Origin: Nitrosopumilus sp.
GTDB lineage: Archaea > Thermoproteota > Nitrososphaeria > Nitrososphaerales > Nitrosopumilaceae
Assembly (NCBI GenBank): GCA_965207075.1
Contig: CBDBLO010000002.1
Span: 2,080,001 to 2,144,000 of the forward strand
Length of the DNA stretch: 64,000 nt
Direction of reading: 5' to 3'
Shown here: positions 51,149-60,900 of the stretch, one piece after another
Position numbering within the stretch: position 1 is the first letter of the stretch
How the letters are laid out: each line of letters starts with the position of its first letter
Program-made: the position numbers and the translations under genes
The notes under the pieces: model-generated
What the model saw: only the letters and a program-made list of their open reading frames with translations
Told to the model about the DNA's origin: nothing
Database searches by the model: none

Positions 51149-51610
51149 ATGGGCTACAAGAAGGGAGACTTGTGCCCCAAGTGCGAGAGCGGCATATTAG
51201 TCGTAGGTGGCGAGGTAACAGTATCCGGGGAGGACGGCGACGAGTGGTCTCGGAAGATCATCCTAAGGTGCCCCAACTGTGACCAGCGTCCTCTTTCCGT
51301 CGAGCTCGAAGGCCTTGTTAGGAACCGGGAACACGTGGCGCCAAAGGTGGACTTTGTCAGATTTGAGGAGATGTGCGAGCTCCTGCTCAAGTTCCTTAAA
51401 GAATCTGACGGATGGCTCCTGCTGGATGCCATAGTGTCACAGTGCTTTACGGGCAAAAAGGGCAAAGACGGGAGGCTGTTCCTGTCAGACCGGGAGGACT
51501 GGAACACGGTGAAAGGCATAGTGGTGTATTTCGAGCTTGACGGGCGGTTGGAATCCAGGCCGCACAACGGCAATCCGGAGCTGAGAGAGTACAAGTGGAA
51601 GATACCATGA
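51149..51610 (+). CDS. Zn-ribbon protein with possible winged-helix C-domain
   Basis: CPKC...CPNC. TTTTATAT about 25 nt upstream. Confidence 0.75.
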   Translation: MGYKKGDLCPKCESGILVVGGEVTVSGEDGDEWSRKIILRCPNCDQRPLSVELEGLVRNREHVAPKVDFVRFEEMCELLLKFLKESDGWLLLDAIVSQCFTGKKGKDGRLFLSDREDWNTVKGIVVYFELDGRLESRPHNGNPELREYKWKIP

Positions 51611-51662
51611 ATCCGTGATACGCAGATCGCAGGCGGGGGAAAGGAGAGATCGCAAGACTTGA

Positions 51663-51971
51663 TCAACTCCAACCCAAAACCGCCATGATACTGGCTATGG
51701 ATCCCGCGACTGCCAGCAGGTAGATGATGTACTGGAGGAGCGGGCTGATTTTGCGTATGTCTTCGGAGAAGATGTCGATGTCCGGGTGTGTTTCGCTGTA
51801 CTTGGCCAGCGCTCGCCTGAAGGCCTTCTGGTTCCTTGTCCTCCGTTCCCACTTGTAGTGGTTGTGCCTCGGGGCTACCTGCACCTGTGCGATGGTCAGG
51901 CCTTCCACCTTCAACAGGCGTTCAAGCTCATCGCACATGGCTTGATCCAGGGCCTTGTCCTTCAGGGACAT
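51663..51971 (-). CDS. Hypothetical protein with C-terminal TM helix
   Basis: MSLKDKALDQ...LLQYIIYLLAVAGSIASIMAVLGWS. Confidence 0.6.
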   Translation of the reverse strand: MSLKDKALDQAMCDELERLLKVEGLTIAQVQVAPRHNHYKWERRTRNQKAFRRALAKYSETHPDIDIFSEDIRKISPLLQYIIYLLAVAGSIASIMAVLGWS

Positions 51972-52009
51972 GCGTAGACGCACGTTGGATGGTGAGCAGC
52001 GCCTTTTGC

Positions 52010-52252
52010 TTAATTTTTGATAGGAAACTCGACCGTCTGGACCTTGTTCCTGCACCTTTCGAAAATTTCCCTGGCGATCTTTTCCGACTGTTTTTCATCG
52101 TCAATGCTGATCTTTGCAGACAAGTCGAAGGAGGGCGAGTTTGGCAGATCCTTGAGGCTTACAAACCCCATCTTTTTCAAGGTCTCCTTGACGCTTGGAC
52201 ACGCCTGGCTCTCATTGCAAAGTATCCGAAACTCATATTCCATTTCCATCAC
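52010..52252 (-). CDS. Small hypothetical protein (possible ferredoxin-like fold)
   Basis: 80 aa with an alternating beta/alpha pattern. Confidence 0.55.
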   Translation of the reverse strand: MMEMEYEFRILCNESQACPSVKETLKKMGFVSLKDLPNSPSFDLSAKISIDDEKQSEKIAREIFERCRNKVQTVEFPIKN

Positions 52253-52472
52253 TATTCCTATGATCCCGGGCTACTCCGGGATGAAGGGGTCATACGTGGT
52301 GCAGGGCGAGCACTGGCCCGGCGAGCACCAGCTTGAGGCCGAGGTGTACAGGCACGGCTATCTTGCAAAGTCCTATTATTCGGAACCGTTTACGCTGGAA
52401 TGAGCGTGGCTTCTAATACCTCTTCATTTTTCAAAGGTTTTTGCTTCTGTGAGAGGAAGGGGAGGTGATAAG

Positions 52473-52844
52473 ATGGAAGACGAAACTGCAACGGATGACT
52501 TTGTGAGCCATTTCAAAGATCTAATCAAGAACCTAGACCTACACAAAGGCAAAATCGTTTATCACGACGGAATGGTAGGCATTGGAATCAATGTTCGCGA
52601 CAGCCTTTCAAAAATAAGCAAGGATGACGGAGACCACATAGACGAATGCGTAGTCGAGATGAATGAAAAAATCAAAGATCTAGGTGCTTCAGCAAGACAG
52701 GTTTCGGGCAACTATAACGACATGCCCACCCGTCTCGAATGCGTGATAAGGGCTGGCCACATACGCGATCTGGCAGACACGATAATAGAGCGTGCTGGTG
52801 CCGTGCCAACGGAAGAATACGTGCCCAGCACCGGTACTCCCTAG
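52473..52844 (+). CDS. Hypothetical helical protein
   Basis: Strong SD-like GGAGGTGA at 52461-52468 before the ATG. Confidence 0.65.
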   Translation: MEDETATDDFVSHFKDLIKNLDLHKGKIVYHDGMVGIGINVRDSLSKISKDDGDHIDECVVEMNEKIKDLGASARQVSGNYNDMPTRLECVIRAGHIRDLADTIIERAGAVPTEEYVPSTGTP

Positions 52845-52993
52845 TTCCTACTCTGACTGCTACGACGCTCCATTTCGAGCTCACGTTCCCTGTTTCTTTT
52901 TTCCCTTTCTTCCCTGTTTGGGAACCCAAGGGCGTCAAACAGGTTGTCAATGGCTTCTTCTACGTCATAGCCGACACGAGGTTTTTGACTCAT
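52841..52993 (-). CDS. Small charged protein (50 aa)
   Basis: MSQKPRVGYDVEEAIDNLFDALGFPNREEREKRNRERELEMERRSSQSRN. Lies downstream of the inverted 26-bp site. Confidence 0.5.
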   Translation of the reverse strand: MSQKPRVGYDVEEAIDNLFDALGFPNREEREKRNRERELEMERRSSQSRN

Positions 52994-53094
52994 TGTTTCG
53001 CCCACCCCGTGCCTGCGTTTCCGAGAAGATCGCGCCGCGTATCACGAATTGGAAGCAGTGCCTCCCGCCGCGCTCTTTATAAAGTTCCAACATA

Positions 53095-54046
53095 GTTACC
53101 CGCAAACTTTCATAGAACTCTATGAAAGTTTGCGGGTAACCTCCGCGGCACCACATGCACATGGGCAGGAAGTCAGGCAGTGGGCGCCAAGTGCCTCGGG
53201 CTTGGCTGGCGCACGGATGGCGGGCCTGCCGCATGCCCGCCGTAGGCGGGACGGGCTGGCGGGATCCGGGGCGCAGCGCGTGTCAGGAGGCGGCTGCCGC
53301 CGCCGACGATGATCAAGCAGGAAGCGAGCGTTGCGATGCAGGTACGCCCCGTCGCCACCGCCATACCCGCAAACAATCATAGAGCTCTATGACAGTTTGC
53401 GGGTATCTGCCGCATGCCCGCGGGCGCCCGTGCAGGCCGCCGCAGGTGCGGAACCAGCCTCTCCCGTGACGGGCGTATCTGCTAGAAGGTGACAAAGAAA
53501 TCTGACATTCTGCACGTTTGCCACCGTCCGCCCCGGCCTGCCCGCAACCTGCCCCGTATGCTTGCGGCATCAGACGCTAGGTTCACTGTGGTACACTTTA
53601 ACAGCGGGAGGCAGGGCGAGCCAGCGGGACCCGGGGCGCAGCATGTGCTCGGAGGTGGCTGCTGCTGCTGCCGGCTATGGTCAAGTCGGAAACGGTGTTC
53701 CGACGCAGGTACGCTCTCCTCCCCTCCCTCCCTCCCTCCCTCCCCCCCCCCCCGACGCCGCCGACTGTTACCCGCAAACCGTCATAGAATTCTATGACAC
53801 TTTGCGGGTAACTGCCGCATGCCCGTAGCACCGCACGCACACGAGCAGGAAGTCAGGCAGTGGGCGCCAAGTGCTTCCGGCCCTGGCCGGCGTACGGACG
53901 GCGGGCCTGCCGCATGCCCGCGGGCGCCCATGCAGGCCGCCGCAGGTGCGGAACCAGCCTCTCCCGTGACGGGCGTATCTGCTAGAAGGTGACAAAGAAA
54001 TCTGACATTCTGCACGTTTGCCACCGTCCGCCCCGGCCTGCCCGCA
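53095..54046. repeat. Three 44-46-bp palindromes within duplicated non-coding blocks
   Basis: Palindromes at 53095-53140, 53363-53406 and 53767-53812. 140-bp duplication 53407-53546 = 53907-54046 with one mismatch. 30-bp identity 53165-53194 = 53845-53874. Confidence 0.92.
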
Positions 54047-54205
54047 TTCCCGCTACCGGGGCTCCATGCGGCAACCGGAAGGCGAAGCCCCACCCCTCCC
54101 ACGTCAGGGCAGTGTCACATGCGGCTCTCGGGCTCAAGGGTGTAGCAGATCTACGACCAGCTTTCAGGCGAGGAAAAGCGCGGGGTTCAGCTCACCGGGT
54201 TGCGG

Positions 54206-54511
54206 TCATTTGAGCCGGAGGCGCTCCAGCTTGCTCTTACCGGCAGCCGTACCCCGGCCGCCGGGCTTTTTGGACCTGTCCTTGGCCATCATCTCCGCTA
54301 CGGCCCTCGCGTACTTGTCGGGGCCTGCAGAGTCGGGCGTACTGTCACCCAAGACGCTCAGGGGGCTTATCACAATCTCCCCGTCCCTGACCCGGAACCT
54401 GACGCTCTGTCCTTTGTTGATCCCTGCCCTTTCTGCTATGATCCGTGGTATTGTCAGTATGAATGATCCCCGGTTTAGCTGCATTCTGCGCTCGATTATT
54501 TTCTCTTCCAT
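54206..54511 (-). CDS. AbrB/MazE/SpoVT-family DNA-binding protein
   Basis: RRMQLNRGSFILTIPRIIAERAGINKGQSVRFRVRDGEIVISP. Confidence 0.85.
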   Translation of the reverse strand: MEEKIIERRMQLNRGSFILTIPRIIAERAGINKGQSVRFRVRDGEIVISPLSVLGDSTPDSAGPDKYARAVAEMMAKDRSKKPGGRGTAAGKSKLERLRLK

Positions 54512-54525
54512 GACCATTGATGCGC

Positions 54526-56011
54526 AATTCTGTTTCCTAATTCCGCCGTGGGCATCCGCCCCTGCGGCTTTGAGGCAGGCATGCGTTAATTTGTTCAATA
54601 AAATTTGACAAAACGGCCAAAGGGCGCTCATGCAGGCGTTGAAATGCTTATGGCGAAAGTCAGACACGATGTATCCCACATCTGCGTGCCCAGACAGACG
54701 CCAACGCCTGTTCGCGGCGTCGGCATTTAACCATGACTCGATCCCCCCTCCGGGCGCCTGCCGGGGCGGCGCGGCGCGGCCAGCCCGGGGGAATTCGGCG
54801 TACTGGAGGGGGCGGAGCCGCCCATGAGCCGGACGCGGGGCGCCGCAGCGGCGGGAACGGACAACGAAAAGTACGTCAGGCGCGGCGCGGACCTGTTCAT
54901 AGAGTATGATCCAGGGTGGGAGGATGACGTGGGGCGCGCAAACGAGGGCAAGGTCGGCGCCCCGTACCGGTACGCGGAGACGCTCATCATGCTGGCCGCC
55001 GCCTTCAGGGGCGCGCTGGGGATCCGGTACAGACAGCTCGAGGGGATGGTCGGGAAGATGGTAGGCGGATCCAACACGCCCGCATACAGCCAGCTGTACA
55101 AGCGGATCAACAGGCTTGACGCGGACATCCGCCGGAACCCGGACGGGATGGTGACGGTGTCGGACAGGAAGGGGTCGCGGATGCTGGCGCTCGACGCAAG
55201 CGGGCTCAAGCAGCACAACAGGGGCGAGTGGATGAGGGCCAAGTGGAGGGTTAGGCGGGGCTTTGTAAAGATGCACGTGCTGGTCGACACGGAGACCATG
55301 AAGATACTCGCGCTGGAGGTCACGGACGATGCCGTGGGGGACTCGACCATGTTCGAGTCGCTGCTCGGACAGGTAGTGGACGCGGGCGGCGCGCGGCACA
55401 CGGAGCCGCCCGCCGCGCCACGTTCCGGCGGCGGCCCGAGATACGAAAACCTTCTCGCGTCCGGCATCCCCCCGCTCGCGTCATTCTTCCCGGGCGCCCC
55501 CCGGAACCGGGCCGCGCCCGACCTCCTGCTTGGCGACGCCGCGTACGGATCAAGGAAGAACGTGGCCGCGTGCGCGCGGGCAGGGGTGACCCCTGGCATT
55601 GCACACACCATCAACGTGACGGCGCGTGGCAGGGGATCCGGCGACGCGTGGGGCATATCCGTAAGGGACCAGATGGGCGGAAGCCCCGACGCGACGCGCC
55701 TGGACCTGATGGGCAGGGAGGAGAAGAGGGAGAACCAGGCGTACTGGAAGGCCCGCATAGGCTACGGCCACCGCTGGATCGCGGAGGCCGTGTTTTCGGT
55801 ATTCAAGCGCCTGTTCGGCGAGCACCTGATGGCCCTCAAGTGGGAGAACATCGTGCAGGAGATAAGGCTCAAGGTGATCCAGTACAACAAGTGGAGGGAT
55901 GAGTCGATAGCGCGCGAGGCGGGAGGCGGGACTTTCTGATGGTGTGACGACCATGTCGTCGTCCGATAGGAATCCAACAGGCACCCAGACGGCGAATTAG
56001 GAAACAGAATT
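54526..56011 (+). mobile_element. IS5-family insertion sequence (IS903/ISH1-like), 1486 bp
   Basis: Perfect 18-bp TIRs AATTCTGTTTCCTAATTC (54526-54543 and 55994-56011). 8-bp TSD TGATGCGC (54518-54525 and 56012-56019). Confidence 0.92.
54824..55939 (+). CDS. IS5-family DDE transposase
   Basis: ALDASGLK, GEW, KMHVLVD, GDAAY, YGHRWIAEAVFSVFKRLFG. Confidence 0.92.
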   Translation: MSRTRGAAAAGTDNEKYVRRGADLFIEYDPGWEDDVGRANEGKVGAPYRYAETLIMLAAAFRGALGIRYRQLEGMVGKMVGGSNTPAYSQLYKRINRLDADIRRNPDGMVTVSDRKGSRMLALDASGLKQHNRGEWMRAKWRVRRGFVKMHVLVDTETMKILALEVTDDAVGDSTMFESLLGQVVDAGGARHTEPPAAPRSGGGPRYENLLASGIPPLASFFPGAPRNRAAPDLLLGDAAYGSRKNVAACARAGVTPGIAHTINVTARGRGSGDAWGISVRDQMGGSPDATRLDLMGREEKRENQAYWKARIGYGHRWIAEAVFSVFKRLFGEHLMALKWENIVQEIRLKVIQYNKWRDESIAREAGGGTF

Positions 56012-56041
56012 TGATGCGCCATATCTACTTAAGGGACAAAA

Positions 56042-56208
56042 ACCGGTAAAGCGTGTAAAGCGTGTAAAGCGCGCGTCCGGCCCACCGGTAAAGCGTGTAA
56101 AGCGCGCGTCCGGCCCACCGGTAAAGCGTGTAAAGCGCGCGTCCGGCCCACCGGTAAAGCGTGTAAAGCGCGCGTCCGGCCCACCGGTAAAACACGGAAA
56201 GCGCGCGT
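56042..56208. repeat. 33-bp tandem repeat, about 5 units
   Basis: ACCGGTAAAGCGTGTAAAGCGCGCGTCCGGCCC starting at 56042 (with one extra 9-mer), 56084, 56117, 56150 and a degenerate unit at 56183. Confidence 0.95.
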
Positions 56209-56761
56209 ACGATTTGGTGACACGCATGGAACGCCCCCTTTCGCATTAGTACTACACCTCAACGACAACCTGCGCTCTCCCACGCATGTCACACCCGAAG
56301 GGTGTCAAGCCGGCGCCCCTCCCCGCGGAGGTTGGAGTCTCACCAAACAAGCGCGCGTCTCTGCCCCCACTGGCGTCTCCAGACACCAAACCCATTGGGC
56401 GCGCGGTCTCTTACCAGCTCAATTGGCGCGATGGCTCCCTTCCGACTGTCGGCTCCTGAACGTCTCGGTGTCCGTCGCGCTCTAGGACGGCCGGGGAGTT
56501 CATTTCCTGTTTGGCCTCTCGTTCTCTCCATCCCTTAACCAATCACGGGCACAACAAAGCTTCAGAGATATAGTCCGGTCTGGCGTGTCCGATTCGATGG
56601 CCACTCTCAAGATCTCATCCGGGGCCAGCCCGCGCACTCCAGAGGTCCAAACCGTACGGTTCGCCGAGTCATGATGGAATCACAAGACGTTGGTTTGGTT
56701 GTTATGTACCTAGAGTAACGACAACTCTAATTCGGAAAACATCAGAGCCTATGGTGGAACG

Positions 56762-56843
56762 TGGCGCTGAGTGGGGGGTTTGAACCACGAGTACGCGAAT
56801 ACGTCCTCCACAGGAGAGTGTCCCAGCCAAGCGAGATCCCAGC
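56762..56843 (-). pseudogene. Possible degenerate tRNA-like relic
   Basis: GCTGGG/CTCAGC-G-CCA acceptor, GGTTCAAACC T-loop and CTCCTG loop. T and anticodon stems pair poorly. Confidence 0.3.
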
Positions 56844-57388
56844 AGTGTTTTAACAGGATAGCTTCCCATAGTGGCGGTCACCCCTTAAAATCACCAGCAT
56901 ACTCGGGCATAGCATCCTTCTTCTCCTAGCAACAGCCCACCGCCTTGTGGTTACGCAGGGGCATCCTATATGAAAGACGCGAACACGTCGGTACGTTCCT
57001 CCCAAAGATACCTCTCCAGTGACAGGATGGCAAACAGGCAAGAAGCTTTCCACATACGTCGTCAGACAAACGATCACCGACTTACAGACAGCATCACTAG
57101 TACAGCTAGAAATGAAAACAGAGCCTACTGGCCTAATTTGGCGTCCGTTTTCCCGTGATCTTCAATTCTTTGACTCATTCTCCGGACAGTCCGGATATGA
57201 GCGAGCTGATTCTACAACAGCGTATTCCTGTATCTCGTCAGAGCGCAACAATGTCAATCTCTTAGTCGCTAGGATTGGGGCATCAGTATGATTCCGACAT
57301 CGTCAGCCTTGTGTATACAGTAACGGTCAACTGTTCGTCCTAGAAGCGCACCTTGTCACTCTGGGATGATCGGGGTAATACTGTCATA

Positions 57389-57931
57389 TCATTTTGTTTT
57401 TTCATACACGTCCATGAGCCTTCCTGCGTTCATCAAATAGCTCACGCTATACTTTGAGCAGCACAGCCTCGTTCTCTTAAAGTCTGAGCGCTGGCGTAAT
57501 CCCTCCATGTATTCTGGAGGTATCTTGTATGCGTCGGTGATTATAACGCCACCGATCTTTAGAAACTTGAGCGCATCCAGAAATATCTTCTTCGGGTTAC
57601 GATGAATGTTGTTGATGACATTGACACATATCACTACGTCTGTTTCTTCCACGTGATCGCTGACATCTGAAGCATCCTTGGGTATGAACTCGTCCAGATT
57701 TGACCCTGCTGCCTCGCTCGAATAGGGGTCAATCCCGACCGCATGCACCTCGACACCTTTTGAAGAGAGGCACTCCTTGCACCCTGTGAGGGCCGTTCCG
57801 TCCGAGCATCCGATGTCAACTATGACGAGTCTGTCGTTTGCATGCGCAAAATGTTGGTAGATGTAGTTTGGTATGCCCAGCTCGTCATACCGAGTCCTCC
57901 ATGTTGTCTTGAGTCTGAACAAGTCCATCAA
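57389..57931 (-). CDS. Small class I SAM-dependent methyltransferase
   Basis: VDIGCSDG, VGIDP, DVVICVNV, LKIGG. ATGA overlap with the hsdR stop. Confidence 0.8.
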   Translation of the reverse strand: MMDLFRLKTTWRTRYDELGIPNYIYQHFAHANDRLVIVDIGCSDGTALTGCKECLSSKGVEVHAVGIDPYSSEAAGSNLDEFIPKDASDVSDHVEETDVVICVNVINNIHRNPKKIFLDALKFLKIGGVIITDAYKIPPEYMEGLRQRSDFKRTRLCCSKYSVSYLMNAGRLMDVYEKTK

Positions 57932-60900
57932 CTCCCAGCCCAGTTCTTTGCTATGACTTCTGCTTGGCTCAGAACGGTATCAGTGGCCTTCTTGGCCTTG
58001 TCGGGCGGATATTCGTACCTCTTCAGGATCTTCTTGACTTCCAGTCGGATTGCAGCCTGAACGCTTGCCTTTTGCGTCCAGTCTATTGTGACGTTCCTTC
58101 TTATCATGTCAGTCAGCTCCTTTGCAATCGACGCGAGTACCGCATCTCCCATGATCCTTACCGCGCTGTCACTGACCCCAAGCGCGTCATAAAACGCAAG
58201 CTCGTCCTCATCCAAGTCTAGCGTTCTGCCCCTGCCTCTCTCTTCCCGGATCTGCCTTGCAATCTTGATAAGCTCGTCTATGACCTCGCTTGTGCTGATT
58301 CTCTTGTCATTGTATCTTCTGATGGTATCCTCCAGCAAGTCGCGGAAGGATCTCCCCTTGACTATGTTCCTCTTTGAGTATATCCTAATCTTCTCCTCAA
58401 GTATCCTCCTGAGCGCCTCGCGCGCAAGATTCTTCTCGGGAGATTTCCTGATGTTTGAGAGGAAGACTTCCGACAATATTGACACCTCCGTACCAGGACT
58501 TCCCGCGTTGCCGATTATGTCGATTATCTCATCGGACACGATGGCCTTTGAGATTATCTGCTTTATCCCAACATCAAACCTCTCGCGGTCGGCGCCGCTG
58601 TATCCGGTGGTCTTTGTGACTGCCGCCTTTATGGCCTCGAAGAACCCCATCTCCTCTTTGATTCTCATGGCCTCCTCCCTCGGAAGTGCTATGGAGAACG
58701 CGCCGCGCAACAGGGCAAACTCCTTCTGGAACCTCTCCTTTGTGCCCGGCTCCCTCAGTATGTGATCTACCGCGCGGGACATGAACGGCACTCGCTTTTC
58801 AGGCCTGAGGTTGAAAAATTCCATGTAGTCAAACCCGTGGAACATGCACTTGACGACATCGTATTTTTCAAGCATTGCAGACACTGCGTCATCCTGCACG
58901 TTGGTTTGCTTGCCGCGGCCGCCGCTCCTCGTGTAATTTGACATGGCATTCTTTATCTCCCTGCTCATGTCCATATAATCGACAATCAGGCCCCCCTCCT
59001 TGCCCGGGTATACCCTGTTCACCCTTGCTATTGCCTGCATCAGGGTGTGGCCGTCCATCCATTTGTCCAGATACATAGTGTGGAGCGAGGGGGCGTCAAA
59101 CCCGGTAAGGAACATATCCCGTACTATGATGATCTTGTGCGCGCCCTTGGGATCCTTGAACCTGTCGCCGATGGCCCTCCTTTTTTGTTTGCTTCGTATG
59201 TGCTCCTGCCACGGTTCTGGATCGGACGCAGAGCCGGTAAACACTACCTTGATCAACCCCTTGTCGTCGTCCTTGTGGTACCAGTCGCGGCGCTGCTCGA
59301 CGATCTCGTCGTGCAGCTCAACGCATATCCTTCTAGACATGCAGACAATCATTGCCTTGCCCTCCAAGACGGAGCTCCTCTCTTCGTAGTGTCTTATAAT
59401 GTCGCCGGCGATCTTCTTGATGCGGGCAGGTGCTCCTACCAACTTCTCCATGCGGGACCACTCTTTCATTATTTCCTCCCTTTCGTCAGTCTCGCTTCCT
59501 TCAGTCACCCTTGCAAAGTCTTCATCAATGCGCGGGCGCTCTGTGGATCTTATGTCAACGGGCACAAACTTGTTCTGATAGTAGATTCTGACTGTGGATC
59601 CGTCCTCCACTGCCTGTTGCACATCGTAGATGTCTACATAGTCGCCAAATACGGTGGGAGTGGAACGGTCTTTTTGCTCGATCGGCGTGCCGGTAAACCC
59701 GATGAAGGATGCGTTGGGCAGGGCGTCCCTCAGGTATTTGGCAAGACCGTATGCGACTTGCGGCGCGTCGTTTCTGTTGACTATCTTGGCCGCGAACCCG
59801 TAATGGCTTCGGTGCGCCTCGTCTGCAATAACCACTATGTTGTCTCTTTCTGACACGGCGTGATGCTGGTCGCGGTTCTCCGGTAGAAACTTTTGGATGG
59901 TAGTAAACACGATCCCACCAGATGCGACGCTTAGCAGATCTGATAGATCCCTTCGCGCCTCGGCCTGCACGGGCTTTTGCCGCAGTATGTCTTGGCATCT
60001 GCCGAACGTGCCGAACAGCTGGGCGTCAAGGTCGTTTCTATCTGTGAGCACTACTATGGTGGGGTTGTCCATACCGCGGATCAACTTTCCCGCATAAAAC
60101 ACCATGGTTAGTGACTTTCCGGATCCCTGTGTGTGCCAGACCACGCCTGCCTTTTTCGTGTCGCCCCGCGCACTGATCGTGGACTGCAAAGCTTTGTTGG
60201 CCGCCCAGTACTGGTGGTAGGCTGCCATCTTTTTTGTTGTTTTTTCACCCTTCTCAAACACGATAAAATTCCGTATGATGTCCAAGAGCCTACTCTTCTC
60301 AAACATTCCGCGTAGTAGAACCTCAGTCTGAGAAAGTCCTCCGCCAGGTCTTGCACCGTCAATGGTCTTCCACTCCATGAATCTCTCCATGCCAGATGAC
60401 ATGGTTCCGGCCCTTGCCTGCATGCCATCGCTTATTGTGAGAATCTCGACATACCTGAACAGATCCGGAATTTTTTTCATGTACGTCTGGAGCTGGTTGT
60501 ATGCAGACCAGATGTCCGCCTTTTCATCTGCCAGATTCTTCAGTTCGAAGACTACCAGCGGGATACCGTTTACAAACAGTATAACGTCGGGCCTGCGCTC
60601 GTCATCTCCCTTTATGGTGAACTGGTTGACTGCTAGAAAGTCGTTGCTACGGATTTTGTCGTCGTCAAACTCAAAGAGCCATGTCTTTTCGTACCGCTCA
60701 CCGGATTCCGTCTTGACTGGGACGTCCACCCCGTCAACCAGCATCTTGTGAAATGATTCGTTATCGGTAATCGGGTGCTGGGAAGAGCTCCGCAGTACCT
60801 GCCTTATCGCATCTTCTACTGCAGGCCCGGGAATACCCGGATTAATTCTCTGCAGTGCGCCTCTTAGTCTGTCCACCAGCACCACTGTCTTGTAATCCTC

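Larger units (their letters stand above)
50839..53059. repeat. Family of 22-26-bp sites ACTGCTTCCAATTCGTGATACGCGGC
   Basis: Copies at 50839-50864 (+), 51082-51103 (+, 22 bp identical), 53034-53059 (perfect 26-bp inverse) and a partial copy at 51610-51623. Confidence 0.9.

Noticed and set aside
53095-53812. CRISPR repeats or integron attC sites
   Set aside because: Intervals are 220-360 bp and themselves duplicated. There are no RYYYAAC/GTTRRRY boxes or extrahelical bases, and no ORFs between the sites.
54512-55399. 397-aa fusion ORF 54206..55399
   Set aside because: The upstream part is the antisense of the IS, read through by chance. Only the AbrB portion is credible.
56042-56208. CRISPR array
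   Set aside because: Units are head-to-tail with no unique spacers, and there are no cas genes in the window.
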